DNA of 64,000 nt, from NCBI RefSeq assembly GCF_006345805.1, contig NC_043011.1, positions 3,658,001 to 3,722,000 on the forward strand. Reading direction: 5' to 3'. The notes beneath the pieces are model-generated. The model worked only from the letters and a program-made list of their open reading frames with translations. It had not been told where the DNA came from and ran no database searches. Made by a program: the position numbers and the translations under genes. This document shows, piece by piece, positions 1 through 12,595 of this stretch (positions are counted from its first letter, which is position 1; every line of letters begins with the position of its first letter). This DNA comes from Octopus sinensis (lineage: Eukaryota).

Positions 1-789
1 ATTAGTATTGATTTCATGTGACTATTTTGATCCTCTTAAAAACTTTGGTCTAGTGATTAGTGAAAATAAGTCATCATCATCATCATCATCCTTATCATTT
101 TGTTCCTATTTTTGCTTTTCCTTGTTGGTGTGGGTCAGACAAATCTTATTAAAGCAGTATTAGTTATAGCTAAGAGCCCTTCCCTTTGCCAACTTTTACC
201 TGTTTTTCACTGATGATGCAATGTTAGGCCCTTGTATGGCTCTTGAGCCTTACCAAAGATTTGCACATTCTATTACATAATGCAGTTGTGCTGGTTAGCA
301 GAGGGTACAGGTTCCACAGTATGAATTTTGTGCCTTTTTTTAGACTTCAGCCAGCCATGTACATGCAAGAGGTTCATTTCCTTTTCCTTTTGAGTAATAC
401 CTGTGTTTCATGCTTTTTAAAGTGAAGAAAAGTTTTGCACAGAACTAATCCCATTCGCTAAACTACAAAGCATGATACAAAAAGAAGAGCAACTTCACAT
501 CATTGGGTGCATTTGCAGTCACGAGTTTCATATCAGACTGTCCTTTAGCCAATCTTTGTTCAATCAAAGGCCAACCACAAGGCAGCAGTGATGCATTTGA
601 ATTCAGAGTTACTTTCTCCTAGATAAATGGTAAGGTTTGATGACTGAGATATTTGGTTGCTATTTAAAGCAGGTCAAGTGATAACGGAGAGACTTCCTTG
701 AATTTTATCTTTGATGGATTAGATAGAGATAAAGTAGTAGAGATAAATGTAACCAAATAAATGAGGTATGTCATTTAAGACTATTTTCC

Positions 790-1180
790 AGGTGTGCCTG
801 TGTGGAAAGAAGTTTGCTCCCACACCACATAGACCAGGGTTCAATCCTACTGTGTGGAATCTTAGACAAGTATCTTCTACTATAGCCTCAGGTCAACCAA
901 AGCCTTGTGAGTGGATGTGGTTGATGGAAATCGAAAGAAATCCATAGCATGTATGTGTGTGTGTGTGTGTTTATTTTAGTCTGTGTTTGTTCCCTATCAC
1001 TGCTTGACAACTAGTGTTGGTATGTTTCATCCCCCGTAACTTAGCAGTTCAGCAAAAGAAACTGATAAAATAAGTACCAGGCTTAAAAAGAAAATTAGTT
1101 TTGGGTTCAATTCATTTGACTAAAAATCCTTCAATGTAGTGCCCCATCATGGCCACAGTCTAATGATTGAAATAAATGAA
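790..1180 (+). mobile_element. Older diverged subfamily copy of SINE S1
   Basis: Degenerate tRNA-like head (tgtgtgg...gggttcaatcc), cttagacaagtatcttctactatagcc body, internal (TG)n, tail ending tgattgaaataaatgaaag; colinear with young S1 copies. Confidence 0.8.
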
Positions 1181-2600
1181 AGAAAAACTAAAAGATCATT
1201 TTCCTTTAAAACAATTCAAAATTCAGTGTTCTAAACATTTAGGGCTTCAGTCTATCAGCAACCTAATTTTTGGAACATTTGAATGTAGCCTTTTCGTTTT
1301 TGGCTTTCTCACATCCAGCCTTATAACTGACAATTCTTATGTGGCCACAAGACCTTGTACGATTCGTTTATAATTGGCTGCTAGCATTTTACCATATCTC
1401 TAAGTCATATACTTACAATCTAAATTTATGTATCACAATATTCATTAAGGAGCATCAAATTTATGAAGAAATATATCTCTGCTTGAATTCAGTATCTAAA
1501 CTGCAACACAGCAGCCTGTGTGGTTGATGAAAAGATAAAAAGAAGAAAAAAGGAAAAGTGAAACTTGTCATTGGTGAACATTTTCTTAACAGTTCTTATG
1601 AAATCTATTACTACATTTTCTTTTTCCTTTTCATTCATTAAAGAATGAACTTTGGATATCATGAAGTTTCTTTGTTGAGTATCTGAAGTCATATCTGCAT
1701 GAGTAGGCTGAGAGGTTGTTCAGTGGTGTGCATCGAATCTAGACTTATGTACTGTCTAGCTGTAGATTGTCAGTCAGATTTGGAAAACAATTCCACTTGA
1801 TGATAATGGTTTCTGGTTGCTTATGTTATTCAGATTTTCCAGGTTGCTATTTTGGGAAAGAATTATTGCTGAAGAAATAAGTGTCTGTTGTTTTATACAG
1901 ATTATCGGCAACTTCTTTCATGGTTTCATTATTACGAAGTTTTTAGTCGAGCATTCCACTTAATGCTGTAACAAATAAATAAATTGATGTGAGAGATCTG
2001 CTTAAACAGACACGAAGGTTAGCTGAACATGCTATCATTCTACCATGTCATTTGCCTTCATGACTATAGCAATAGAAACTATCAATACCCATCCACCATT
2101 GCCTGTGTGTATGTATATATGTATGTATATGTGTAAGAGTTGGGTATACTCTGTGTGTATGTATTTGTGTAGGATTGCAATGGTTAAGTTGATAGGTACT
2201 GGTGTAATAGTTTCTGGTCAAGCTTTTAATATCTGCTACAATATACTCAATATCACCTGCACCAGTGCACCTAGATGCATTATGAATACAGACATGTAGT
2301 AATTAGAGGGTTGCGCTCAAAATTTTAAGACTGTTGGTTCAATTCCTAGTCCAAGCAGTGCAATTTGTTTTTGAAAAAGGTTCTTCATTTCATGTTGCTT
2401 CATTTTACTGTTGAAATGTGTACCAAAGGCAGCTAGGGTTCATCTTGCAATACACTGAGAAATTTTACAGAGAGGTCTTGTAATCTGAAAGTCCCTTAAA
2501 CATCTTAGAAACCTGGAAAAACCATGGCCTTATCTGTGGGTTTGAGATAGACTTTACTTCTTTAATACCCATCTAGATCATCAGTGTTATCATAACTATA

Positions 2601-2905
2601 TTATGCACCCTTTTCAAGCCTGGTCAGGCTCATGGGCCCGGTTTTCTGGTTTCTATGGCATATGTGTTCCTCCCAGCTGGACAGGATGCCAGTCCATCGC
2701 AGCGTTACTCAAGAAACAGGAAGAGAGAGTGAGAGAAAGTTGAAGTGAAAGAGTACAAAAGGGGTCGCCACCACCACTGCTGGAGCCTCATGGAGCTTTT
2801 AGTTGTTTCTGCTCAATAAACACACAATGCCCGGTCTGGGAATTGAAACTGCGATCCTCCAACCGCGAGTCTGCTGCCCTAACCACTGGGCCATTGAACC
2901 TCCAC
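2601..2905 (-). mobile_element. tRNA-headed SINE S3, tail type a (resembles octopus OR-type SINEs)
   Basis: Reverse strand starts tggaggttcaatggcccagtggttagggcagcagactcgcgg; 12-bp target-site duplication atcataactata at 2589-2600 and 2906-2917. Confidence 0.85.
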
Positions 2906-3287
2906 ATCATAACTATAACTAACTTTGAAGTCCTAATAGTTCTTCTCGTTATTATCATTTTGTTTTAGCTGTTCTTTTCCCATGTTCATTGGTGATAGAG
3001 ACAGTTCTGCCAAATCTGTATAATTTGATCTGCAACTTCTCATGTTCTCACCTTATCAGTATTGCTGTGGTGTCATTTAGCTTTGATTTGTATTTTAAAT
3101 CATATTTAGTGAAAAAATAACTTTGTCGATTAAAATTTTCCTCTAGTTCAGCCACACACACTTTCACAAAATTTCTGACGTGAAATATTGATAAGGAAGC
3201 ATCTGTGCAGCCTAGGCAGAACAAATATCATACAGAATTTTCACACAAAATTAGTTTTCGAAAATATATAAATTACTAAAAGATACA

Positions 3288-3703
3288 TAGGTGCAGGAGT
3301 GGCTGTGTGGTAAGTAGCTTGTCTACCAACCACATGGTTCCGGGTTCAGTCCCAATGCGTGGCACCTTGGGCATGGGCTTTCTACTATAGCCTCCGGCCC
3401 ACCAATGCCTTGTGAGTGGATTTGGTAGATGGAAACTGAAAGAAGCCTGTCGTATATATGTATATATATATGTATGCGTGTGTGTGTTTGTGTGTCTGTG
3501 TTTGTCCCCTAGCATTGCTTGACAACCGATGCTAGTGTGTTTATGTCCCCGTCACTTAGCGGTTTGGCAAAAGAGACTGATAGAATAAATACTAGGCTTA
3601 CAAAGAATAAATCCCGGGGTCGAGTTGCTCGATTAAAGGTGGTGCTTCAGCATGGCCACAGTCAAATGACTGAAACAAGTAAAAGATTAAAAGAGTAAAA
3701 GAG
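3288..3703 (+). mobile_element. tRNA-headed SINE S1 (young, full length)
   Basis: Head taggtgcaggagtggctgtgtggtaag with A/B-box-like tggctgtgtgg and gggttcagtccc, central (TA/TG)n, tail aaagagtaaaagag; near-identical to many other copies in the window. Confidence 0.92.
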
Positions 3704-3994
3704 ACAATGACACACACACCAATGCACACACACACATGCATGCATGCACACACGCATGCACACACACCACTATTGCTACCTGTATAGAATGTCTCCCACT
3801 GTCATCCTACTTTGACTGCTTTGTATGAATAAATAACAGGGATACTTCTTGATGCCCAAACCCTGGTCTTTGAATAAGTAGAGCTCAGTCTGCTATAATT
3901 ATTTGGACTAGGTTTCTAGTTTAAGGGTAGCTTCTACTTTCCTTCAACCAGTCTCATATCCCTGATGAATTTAAGGGATATGATTACTATTTTG

Positions 3995-4269
3995 CAGCGT
4001 GGAAGGTGTTTGTAAGCCATTTAAGAAACACACAAAAACCGTTCCATTCACTTCAACATTTATGTTTAATTTGTCAAAATATTTTCGTCGCTAAAATCCG
4101 CGACCTGTTCACTGACAAATATCCGTGCTGACAAAAATCCGTGCAGCACGGATTTTTGTCAGTGAACAGGTGTTTCTTAAAAGGCTTACAAACACCTTCC
4201 ATGCTGCAATTGTTTTCGTTTCAGCACACGATCTCAGATCAAATCACTTGCTATGCGAGTACATCTCCG
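3995..4269. mobile_element. Non-coding Penelope-LTR-like element, two inverted partial copies, hammerhead-bearing
   Basis: 14-bp direct repeat tgattactattttg at 3981-3994 and 4270-4283; cagcgtggaaggtgtttgtaagcc...aagaaacac inverted against 4168-4207; hammerhead fold at 4069-4120. Confidence 0.7.
4069..4120 (-). ncRNA. Putative minimal type I hammerhead ribozyme, G3:C8 core variant
   Basis: Minus strand AUUUGUCA-GUGAACA-G-GUCGC(GGAUUUUA)GCGAC-GAA-AAUAUU-U-UGACAAAU: 8-bp stem I, 5-bp stem II, palindromic stem III AAUAUU, UUU cleavage triplet. Confidence 0.65.
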
Positions 4270-4339
4270 TGATTACTATTTTGTATTCCTTGTACAAAGT
4301 CAAATGATAAAGAAAGATGCACCAGAACACAGCATATAT

Positions 4340-4829
4340 TATATGCAGTGGTGCTTCTGCACCACTGACTCACAACCTACAGACACTCCGGAACGAAATT
4401 CATAGAATCTACATACTGATAATTGTAAAACCTCTTTAGCATCTTCTCTTAAACAATAACCATTACCGTACAGACAAGTTCTGATATGTGTGCATGCGTG
4501 TGTGTGTGTGAGTGTGTGTGTGTGTGTGTGTTTGTGTGTGTATGTCTGTTTGTGCGTGTATATGTGTACATACATACACACACATACATGCACATACATA
4601 TATGTGTGTGTGTTTGTGTGTGTATGTGTGTTTGTGCATGTAAATGTGTACATACATACACACACATACATGCACATACATATATGTGTGTGCATGTGTG
4701 TATGCTAGCATGGAAAATGGATGTTAAATGATGATGATGATGATTTATTTATGTATGTATATTTTATATATATGTTATATGTGAGTGTGTGTGTGTGTGC
4801 ATATATATACAGAATATATATATATACAG

Positions 4830-4877
<48 letters not shown>

Positions 4878-5090
4878 TACATATACATATAGTGTATACA
4901 TATGCACACACACGCATACACTCACATATAACACACACACATATATATATCTATTTATGTATGTATACTTCTTCATATATATGTTATATGTGAGTGTATG
5001 TGTGTGTGCGCATATATGTATATATATATACATATATATATACACACAGAATTCATATACACACAATACACACACACACACATGTATATA
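4340..5090. repeat. Compound (TG)n/(TA)n/(CA)n microsatellite field with a short RTE 3-prime tail at 4703-4743
   Basis: Direct inspection; gctagcatggaaaatggatgttaaatgatgatgatg matches the RTE-type tail seen at 8170-8207. Confidence 0.85.
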
Positions 5091-5250
5091 TGGATGTGGT
5101 TACAGCATTAAAAAAAATTCTGTGATATTTTCTTGTAATCAATGTGTTAAAAAAATGTATTTGTCTGAGATTTACTTTTAATCTATAAATACGACAGCAG
5201 AAGGTGAACATCATGTTTCAATACTAAACAGATAGAAAATATACTACAGC

Positions 5251-6030
5251 TTTTATCTTTTGCATGTTTCAATCATTAGACTGCAGCCATGCTGGGGCAC
5301 TGCCTTGAAGAATTGTTAATTGAATGAAACAACCCAAGTACATATATTTTTAAAACTTGGTACGTATTCTATCAGAGTCTTCTGCTGAACTACTAAGTTA
5401 CGGGGATGTAAATACAGAGAGGACAAACGAGGACAGACAAACGGATTAAGTCGATTATATCGACCCCAGTGCGTAACTGGTACTTAATTTATCGACCCCG
5501 AAAGGATGAAAGGCAAAGTCGACCTCGGCGGAATTTGAACTCAGAACATAACGACAGACGAAATACCTATTTCTTTACTACCCACAAGGGGCTAAACACG
5601 GAGAGGACAAACAAGGACAGACAAACGGATTAAGTCAATTATATCGACCCCAGTGCATAACTGGTACTTAATTTATCGACCCCGAAAGGATGAAAGGCAA
5701 AATCGACCTCAGCGGAATTTGAACTCAGAATGTAACGGCAGACAAAATGCCGCTAAGCATTTCGCCCAGCGTGCTAAAGTTTCTGCCAGCTCGTCGCCTT
5801 AAATACAGCAATACCATGTATCAAGTGGGGGGGGGACAAACACAGAAACAAAGACATGCACACATAGATATATACATACGATGGGCTTCTTACAGTTTCC
5901 ATATACCAAATCTTTTTACAAGGCTTTGGTCAGTCCAAGACTATAGTTGAAAATACTTGCCCACGGTGCTATGAAATGGTATTGAACCTGGAACCATGTG
6001 GTTGGAAAGTAAGCTTCTTACCACACAGCA
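5251..6030 (-). mobile_element. Older S1 copy interrupted by an S2 dimer
   Basis: S1 3-prime part at 5251-5417 and 5-prime part at 5797-6030 flank the S2 insertion. Confidence 0.75.
5418..5795 (-). mobile_element. SINE S2, head-to-tail tandem (partial dimer)
   Basis: Unit gaggacaaac...gaactcagaa...gacagacgaaatac repeated at about 5418-5567 and 5603-5745, followed by head gctaagcatttcgcccagcgtgctaa...ctgccagc. Confidence 0.85.
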
Positions 6031-6039
6031 CTTATACAT

Positions 6040-6453
6040 CTCTTTACTCTTTTACTCTTTTACTTGTTTCAGTCACTTGACTGCGGCCATGCTGGAGCAC
6101 CGCCTTTAGTCGAGCAAATCGACCCTGGGACTTTATTCTTTGTAAGCCCAGTATTTATTCTATCGGTCTCTTTTGCCGAACCGCTAAGTGACGGGGACAT
6201 AAACACACCAGCATCGGTTGTCAAGCAATGCTAGGGGGACAAACACAGACACACAAACACACACACATACATACATATATGTACATATATACGACAAGCT
6301 TCTTTCAGTTTCCGTCTACCAAATCCACTCACAAGGCATTGGTCGGCCCGGGGCTATAGCAGAAGACACTTGCCCAAGATGCCACGCAGTGAGACTGAAC
6401 CCGGAACCATGTGGTTGTTAGCAAGCTACTTACCACACAGCCACTCCTGCGCC
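6040..6453 (-). mobile_element. SINE S1 (young, full length)
   Basis: Reverse complement of the S1 consensus from tail ctcttttactc to head ccactcctgcgcc. Confidence 0.92.
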
Positions 6454-7240
6454 ATCTATAACATCTATATCCTTAAGCGCAACAAGATGATATTTAAACC
6501 AAAGAGCTATAATATAAATGTTCAAGTGAATATTTCAGACACCTCTTTAGGCTCACTCGTGTAATGTATAGAACATCTACAGGCAACTAACTGCAGTCCA
6601 AATAGTATAACATCTATTTAACATTTACTCATAATGAACTGCAGGCACATTACAACAGCCATTACATCTCCCAATAGCTCATAAGCAAGACTACAATATC
6701 TATAAATCTTTTAGTGCATAGTGATTCTGAGTCTGTGTATTATTGTGGCCATGCTGGGTCTATTAGTGTGACTGGTGCCACTGCGACAAGCAGGGTTTTA
6801 CTTCAGATAATGTTAACTCTTGCAAGTCTATCCATTTGGTACTTGTTTAACTGATCACTGTTTATGGAACTAGTAAGCAATGGTTTCTGACATCAAGGAC
6901 AAATTGACTCTAGTTTACACCAGTAAATATAAACATTGATATGGAGAAAGGCAGATGCAACCACAAACACACATATATACACACACACATACACATATAT
7001 CACATACGTACTTATTTAGTATTATCTTGGGAACAACCTTATAGCATGCTTTCCAAAGCTCTTCTTTGGATATCAGCTACCAGATGCTATCATAAAGTAG
7101 GACTCTTCCTGTTACTGGAGGTGAGTCCTACTGCATGATAGGAGTCTTATATGGAAATTCACAAGTATCTGCAGAGTGTATACAAAATAATGTTAATATA
7201 GGAAAATGGAATAGAAAAGTTTTATTACAAATCACTACAA

Positions 7241-7658
7241 TAGGTGCAGGAGTGGCTGTGTGGTAAGTAGCTTGTTTACCAACCACATAGTTCCGGGTTC
7301 AGTCCCACTGCGTGGCACCTTTGGCAAATGTCTTCTACTATAGCCTCAGGCCGACCAAAGCCTTTTGAGTGGATTTGGTAGATGGAAACTGAAAGAAGCC
7401 CATTGTATATATGTATATATAGATGTGTGTGCGTGTATGTATGTGTGTCTGTGTTTGTTCCCCTAGCATTGCTTGACAACCGATGCTGGTGTGTTTATGT
7501 CCCCATCACTTAGCGGTTCGGCAAAAAGAGACCGATAGAATAAGTACTGGGCTTACAAAAGAATAAGTCCCGTGGTCGAGTCGCTCGATTAAAGGCGGTG
7601 CTCCAGCATGGCCACAGTCAAATGACTGAAACAAGTAAAAGAGTAAAAGAGTAAAGAG
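7241..7658 (+). mobile_element. SINE S1 (young, full length)
   Basis: Same head, body and tail as 3288-3703. Confidence 0.92.
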
Positions 7659-7904
7659 TAATTGTTCTGGTGTATCATTATCAGCTGGTAATTGCTGAAT
7701 GTTACATTTATTATACACGTCACTGCATTAATGTGGTTCAACAAAAGCTGTATTCAGATGAGCAGGGTTCAAATCTCTGCTTGATCATCTTTAGCACCTC
7801 TTCTTCTATTCCCATACATTTATGTAATTTTAATAGCATTCCATTGACAAAGAATAACACAGAAATACAAAGAGATACAAATGAGAGAAATACTAAAAAT
7901 GAAT

Positions 7905-8207
7905 TGGTGGCATGTAAAAGGCACCATCCGATCGTGGCCGTTGCCAGCCTCACCTGGCACCTGTGCTCGTGGCACGTAAAAAGCACCATCCGATCGTGGC
8001 TGCTGCCAGCCTCCCCTGGCACCTGTGCTGGCGGCACGTAAAAAGCACCCACTACACTCACAGAGTGGTTGGCGTTAGGAAGGGCATCCAGCTGTAGAAA
8101 CACTGCCAGATCCGACTGGAGCCTGGTGCAGCCTTCTGGCTTCCCAGACCCCAGTTGAACCGTCCAACCCATGCTAGCATGGAAAGCGGACGCTAAATGA
8201 TGATGAA
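7905..8207 (+). mobile_element. 5-prime-truncated RTE-type LINE 3-prime UTR with tandem modules
   Basis: Repeated ggcacgtaaaaagcacc modules, then gttggcgttaggaagggcatccagctgtagaaa...gcatggaaagcggacgctaaatgatgatga tail. Confidence 0.75.
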
Positions 8208-8496
8208 ACCCCTTATTCACTTCAGACTTCCAAGCACAGACGTCTTTGAACTTATAGGAAAATAAAGTCATTCTAAGATAATAACGTCATGAAATGTTAA
8301 ACTTGAACAATTACTTGTCTTTTGTGACTGTTACTACTTCCCCTTGTAAGGAAATCAATGGCATCTGGTCTCTTCCTTAGTTCAGCAGGGGGCCAAAACC
8401 TGTTGGCTTACAGATTCTTGATTTTGACCCAGGCTTTGTCACTGTTGCTTTACAAGTCATTAAGAGAAATTGTTAAACCAAGAAGCTTTACTTGCA

Positions 8497-8626
8497 TGTA
8501 CCCTTATACATACATACATACACAAACATATACATATCTACATACATACATACATACATACATACACATACATACATACATACATACACACATACATACA
8601 TACATACATACATACATACATACACA

Positions 8627-8658
<32 letters not shown>

Positions 8659-8725
8659 CATACATACATACATACACACACACATACATACATACATACA
8701 TACATACACATACATACATACATAC

Positions 8726-8758
<33 letters not shown>

Positions 8759-9182
8759 TACATATACACACACACACATACATACATACATACACACACA
8801 CATACATACACAAACATATACATACCTACATACATACATACACACACACACATACATACATACATACACACACACATACATACATACATACATACACACA
8901 TACATACATACACACACACATACATACATACATACACACACATATATACATACATACATACATACACACTTACATACATACATACATACATACACACATA
9001 CATACATACATACACACACACATACATACATACATACACACAACACATACATACATACATACATACATACATACACACACACAGATACATACATACATAC
9101 ACACATACATACATACATACATACATACATACACACACACATACATACATACATACATGCACACACACACACATACACGCAC
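8497..9182. repeat. About 690-bp (ACAT)n/(AC)n microsatellite
   Basis: Direct inspection; source of the TYIH/MYVC pseudo-ORFs. Confidence 0.97.
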
Positions 9183-9547
9183 AAATTTGTTTAACACTGA
9201 TATACATATATCTATCTAAACATACACTCCTATTTTTCACTCTTATGAATGTATCTCCTTTCATGCAACTCTACATACAAGCCTCCAAATACACTCATAT
9301 ATAAATACTTTTCTCCATACTTATAATCCATTCATTTTCACTTTTGAGACTAAACTCAAAAAAGAAATATAATACTATGGGGTAACCGTATTAGGTTTGT
9401 TTGTTCTGACCTACTAAGTTCAAAATATCATGATATCTCCATTTACGTATAATAATGCCACTTTGGAAACACGTGCAATATTCATTCTTTAACCAAGTCT
9501 TCCGAGTACATATTAGTACGTCATGGAAAATAGATCTGTCCTGCAGT

Positions 9548-9963
9548 TACTCTTTACTCTCTTTTACTTGTTTCAGTCATTTGACTGCGGCCATGCTGGA
9601 GCACCGCCTTTAATCGAGCAGCTCGATCCCGGGACTTATTCTTTTCGTAAGCCCAGTACTTATTCTATCGGTCTCTTTTGCCGAACCGCTAAGTAACAGG
9701 GACATAAGCACACCAGCATCGGTTGTCAAGCAATGCTAGGGGAACAAACACAGACACACATACATACACGCACATATATATATATATATATTATATATAT
9801 ATACATATATACGACAGGCTTCTTTCAGTTTCCCTCTACCAAATCCACTCACAAGGCTTTGGTCGGCCCGAGGCTATAGTAGAAGACACTTGCCGCAGGT
9901 GCCATGCAGTGGGACTGAACCCGGAACCATGTGGTTGGTAAACAAGCTACTTACCACTCAGCC
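9548..9963 (-). mobile_element. SINE S1 (young, full length)
   Basis: Reverse complement of the S1 consensus. Confidence 0.92.
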
Positions 9964-10839
9964 ATAACTTTTAACCAAATAACTTTACACACATTTAAAT
10001 TATTATGAAATTGCATTAGTTTAGACAGACAAAAGTACAGTCATGCTAATAATGATAATAAAAACACTTACAATAAATATATTTTTCAATAAATAAATAA
10101 ATACATACACTGTGCATTCACTAGGATAAAATCAAATTTAATTCAATAATCTCAGACGAATTCATTTCAACAAAATGACATCAAGAGTTATTTCCCCTGT
10201 TTTTCGTTTCTGCATGTGTGACAAAAAGAAACAAAAACATTTTGATTCCTGAAACCAAAATTTAATGAGTTCGAGCCACTCATCCAAAAAGTATTTCTGC
10301 CAAATTTGGTAAAAATCTGTTCAACCGTTTCTCAGTAATATTGCAAACACAAAGACAAACAGACAAAGGCATGTGACTACAATACCCTGCTTTCGCTTAC
10401 ACGTACAGGATTATGATTGATACAATATCAAATATCACAGAATTCTCCAAAATTCCAAAATTGAGCTTTTAAGTCCATGGTTACATGTTGGAACAATTTC
10501 AGAGCGTTTGTTAATAAGATTATCATTGCATAACATTATGTCTTGCGTTTCTTCCAAGCAGAGTTTGCAGAGTTTGCATAGAATACAGCTTTTGTTGGAC
10601 CATATTAATGCAATGATGCGTATAATATAAGTAACATTCAACAATTATCAGCTGGTAATGATGAACCAAAACAATTGTAATGATTTGTAATACAGCCTGT
10701 TCATTTCACCTTTTCATATCAAAGTCATGTCACGCACACACACACACACACACACATACAAACACCTCAAGCATATTTGTACTGGTAACAAGTTTGTATT
10801 TATAGCCATCACTGCTTATTACTTTCATCCCATACAATA

Positions 10840-10910
10840 TACACATTTACATACACACACACACACATACATACAAACTTACAAACATACATACATACGT
10901 ACATACATAC

Positions 10911-10941
<31 letters not shown>

Positions 10942-11208
10942 CATACATACATACATACGTACATACGTACATACATACATACATACATACATACATACAT
11001 ACATACATACATACGTACATACTACATACATACATACATACATACAAACATACATACAAACATACATACATACATACTACATACATACATACAAACATAC
11101 ATACAACATACATACATACACATACATACATACAACATACAAACATACAAACATACATACACACATACATACAAACTTACAAACATACATACATACGTAC
11201 ATACATAC

Positions 11209-11239
<31 letters not shown>

Positions 11240-11362
11240 CATACATACGTACATACGTACATACATACATACATACAAATATACAAACATACAAACATAC
11301 ATACATACAAACATACAAACATACAAACATACATACACACATACATACAAACATACATAACA
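10840..11362. repeat. About 520-bp (ACAT)n microsatellite with ACAA and ACGT variants
   Basis: Direct inspection. Confidence 0.97.
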
Positions 11363-11749
11363 TAGGGTGGCACTATATTCACTCCTGCTGAATCTTACCC
11401 ACATTCTTATCACCCTCTTTACTCTCACTAACTCCCTGATGCTACTTTTCATTTCCCTCCAATTAACTTCTTCCTCAACAGTATCCCCCACCCTCAACAA
11501 TAATCCTATGTAACTCTAAGAATTGTCTTGTATCTTAACCATCCAATACCATCACCGGATCCACCTGCTCAATCCGTACTACTACCATCATCCTTTTGAC
11601 CTCTCCACCTCCCTCTTTTCTATTCAATAATCCCTAGTATTACTCTTCTTCTCCTTCTCTTTCCTTTGCCCCCTATACTCTCACCCCATCCTCTCACAAT
11701 AAATTAACTCCTGCTATCAATACGGACTCCTTTTTGATTTGCAAACTGC

Positions 11750-11970
11750 AAGGTAATTTGCTTATGGTTAGGCAACCTCTTTAGTGCTGGTGCCGTGAAA
11801 AACATGTCCTCAGTAGACTCTGTAAAGTAGTTGGCATTAGGAAGGACATTCAGCTCTAGAAGCCAATCCATAGAGAAGGGTTATGAGGAAGATGTGGTCC
11901 TCTGACATGTTGGACTCTTCTACTCATGCCAGCATGGAAAGCAGACATGAAATGATATTGATGATCACCA
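11750..11970 (+). mobile_element. Old RTE-type 3-prime tail fragment
   Basis: gttggcattaggaaggacattcagct...gccagcatggaaagcagacatgaaatgat resembles the tail at 8060-8207. Confidence 0.6.
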
Positions 11971-12595
11971 TCACCATGGCTGTGTTCATGTGCATGTTTA
12001 CATATGAAGAGAATCCTGGAGATGATGGTGTGATTGAAGAATTTTTCAAACATTAATCCTTACTTCATGGTTACAATCACTTTCCAAATACTTCTTATGC
12101 ATGCAGCAAGATGTAAATATTATTGTATGATTCAGATTCAAATTTCATTACTAGTGTTCAATACCGATCTAATAGATTTAGCCTCACTAATCAAGTACTG
12201 CCATTCAATAAATATTCTAGCATAAAGATATTTGCTCGTATACTTTTAACAGACAATCCATTGCATACATCAAGAACTCTTGACTGGAATCAAAATCCAA
12301 CACAAACTAATGAGAAACCTCTAAGTGGTTGCTATTTATTAATGATCTGTCCTAAAAATGATAGTCAGCCATTTATGTTTATATAAGATTTCTCAAAGAA
12401 GTGCCATACACTACATAGCTTTTATACAAACTAAAAAATCAGAAACCTTATTGGATTTTCTTGATTTTAACCTCAGTTCATCCCCAACCCAACAGATTTA
12501 TAGCCAAAGGTCTTCCTTCACTTATAATATAATAATGTATACCTGTTTTCTGTCACTATATTATTCTATGTTCTCTTTAGTAAAGGTTTACAACC

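Noticed and set aside
1400-1960. ORF MTSDTQQRNF... and neighbouring broken frames with a faint GIY-YIG or Penelope flavour
   Set aside because: Similarity is too weak to call by eye; needs a profile search (HMMER against Penelope RT/GIY-YIG models)
6218-6564. Recurrent ORFs MSSNARGTNTD..., MLGGQTQTH... and ...LFYLFQSFDCGHAGAPP seen more than ten times
   Set aside because: They are antisense reading frames of the S1 SINE, not a gene family
8358-9304. Long ORFs of 226-278 aa (TYIH, MYVC repeats), and similar ORFs at 4339-5181, 10727-11500, 23691-24008, 42361-42775 and 56728-57076
   Set aside because: They are translations of stop-free (ACAT)n, (CA)n and (TA)n microsatellites, open in several frames on both strands
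11380-11750. Pyrimidine-rich stretch giving the ORF start MLRVGDTVEEEV on the minus strand
   Set aside because: Probably decayed LINE sequence; no assignable motif
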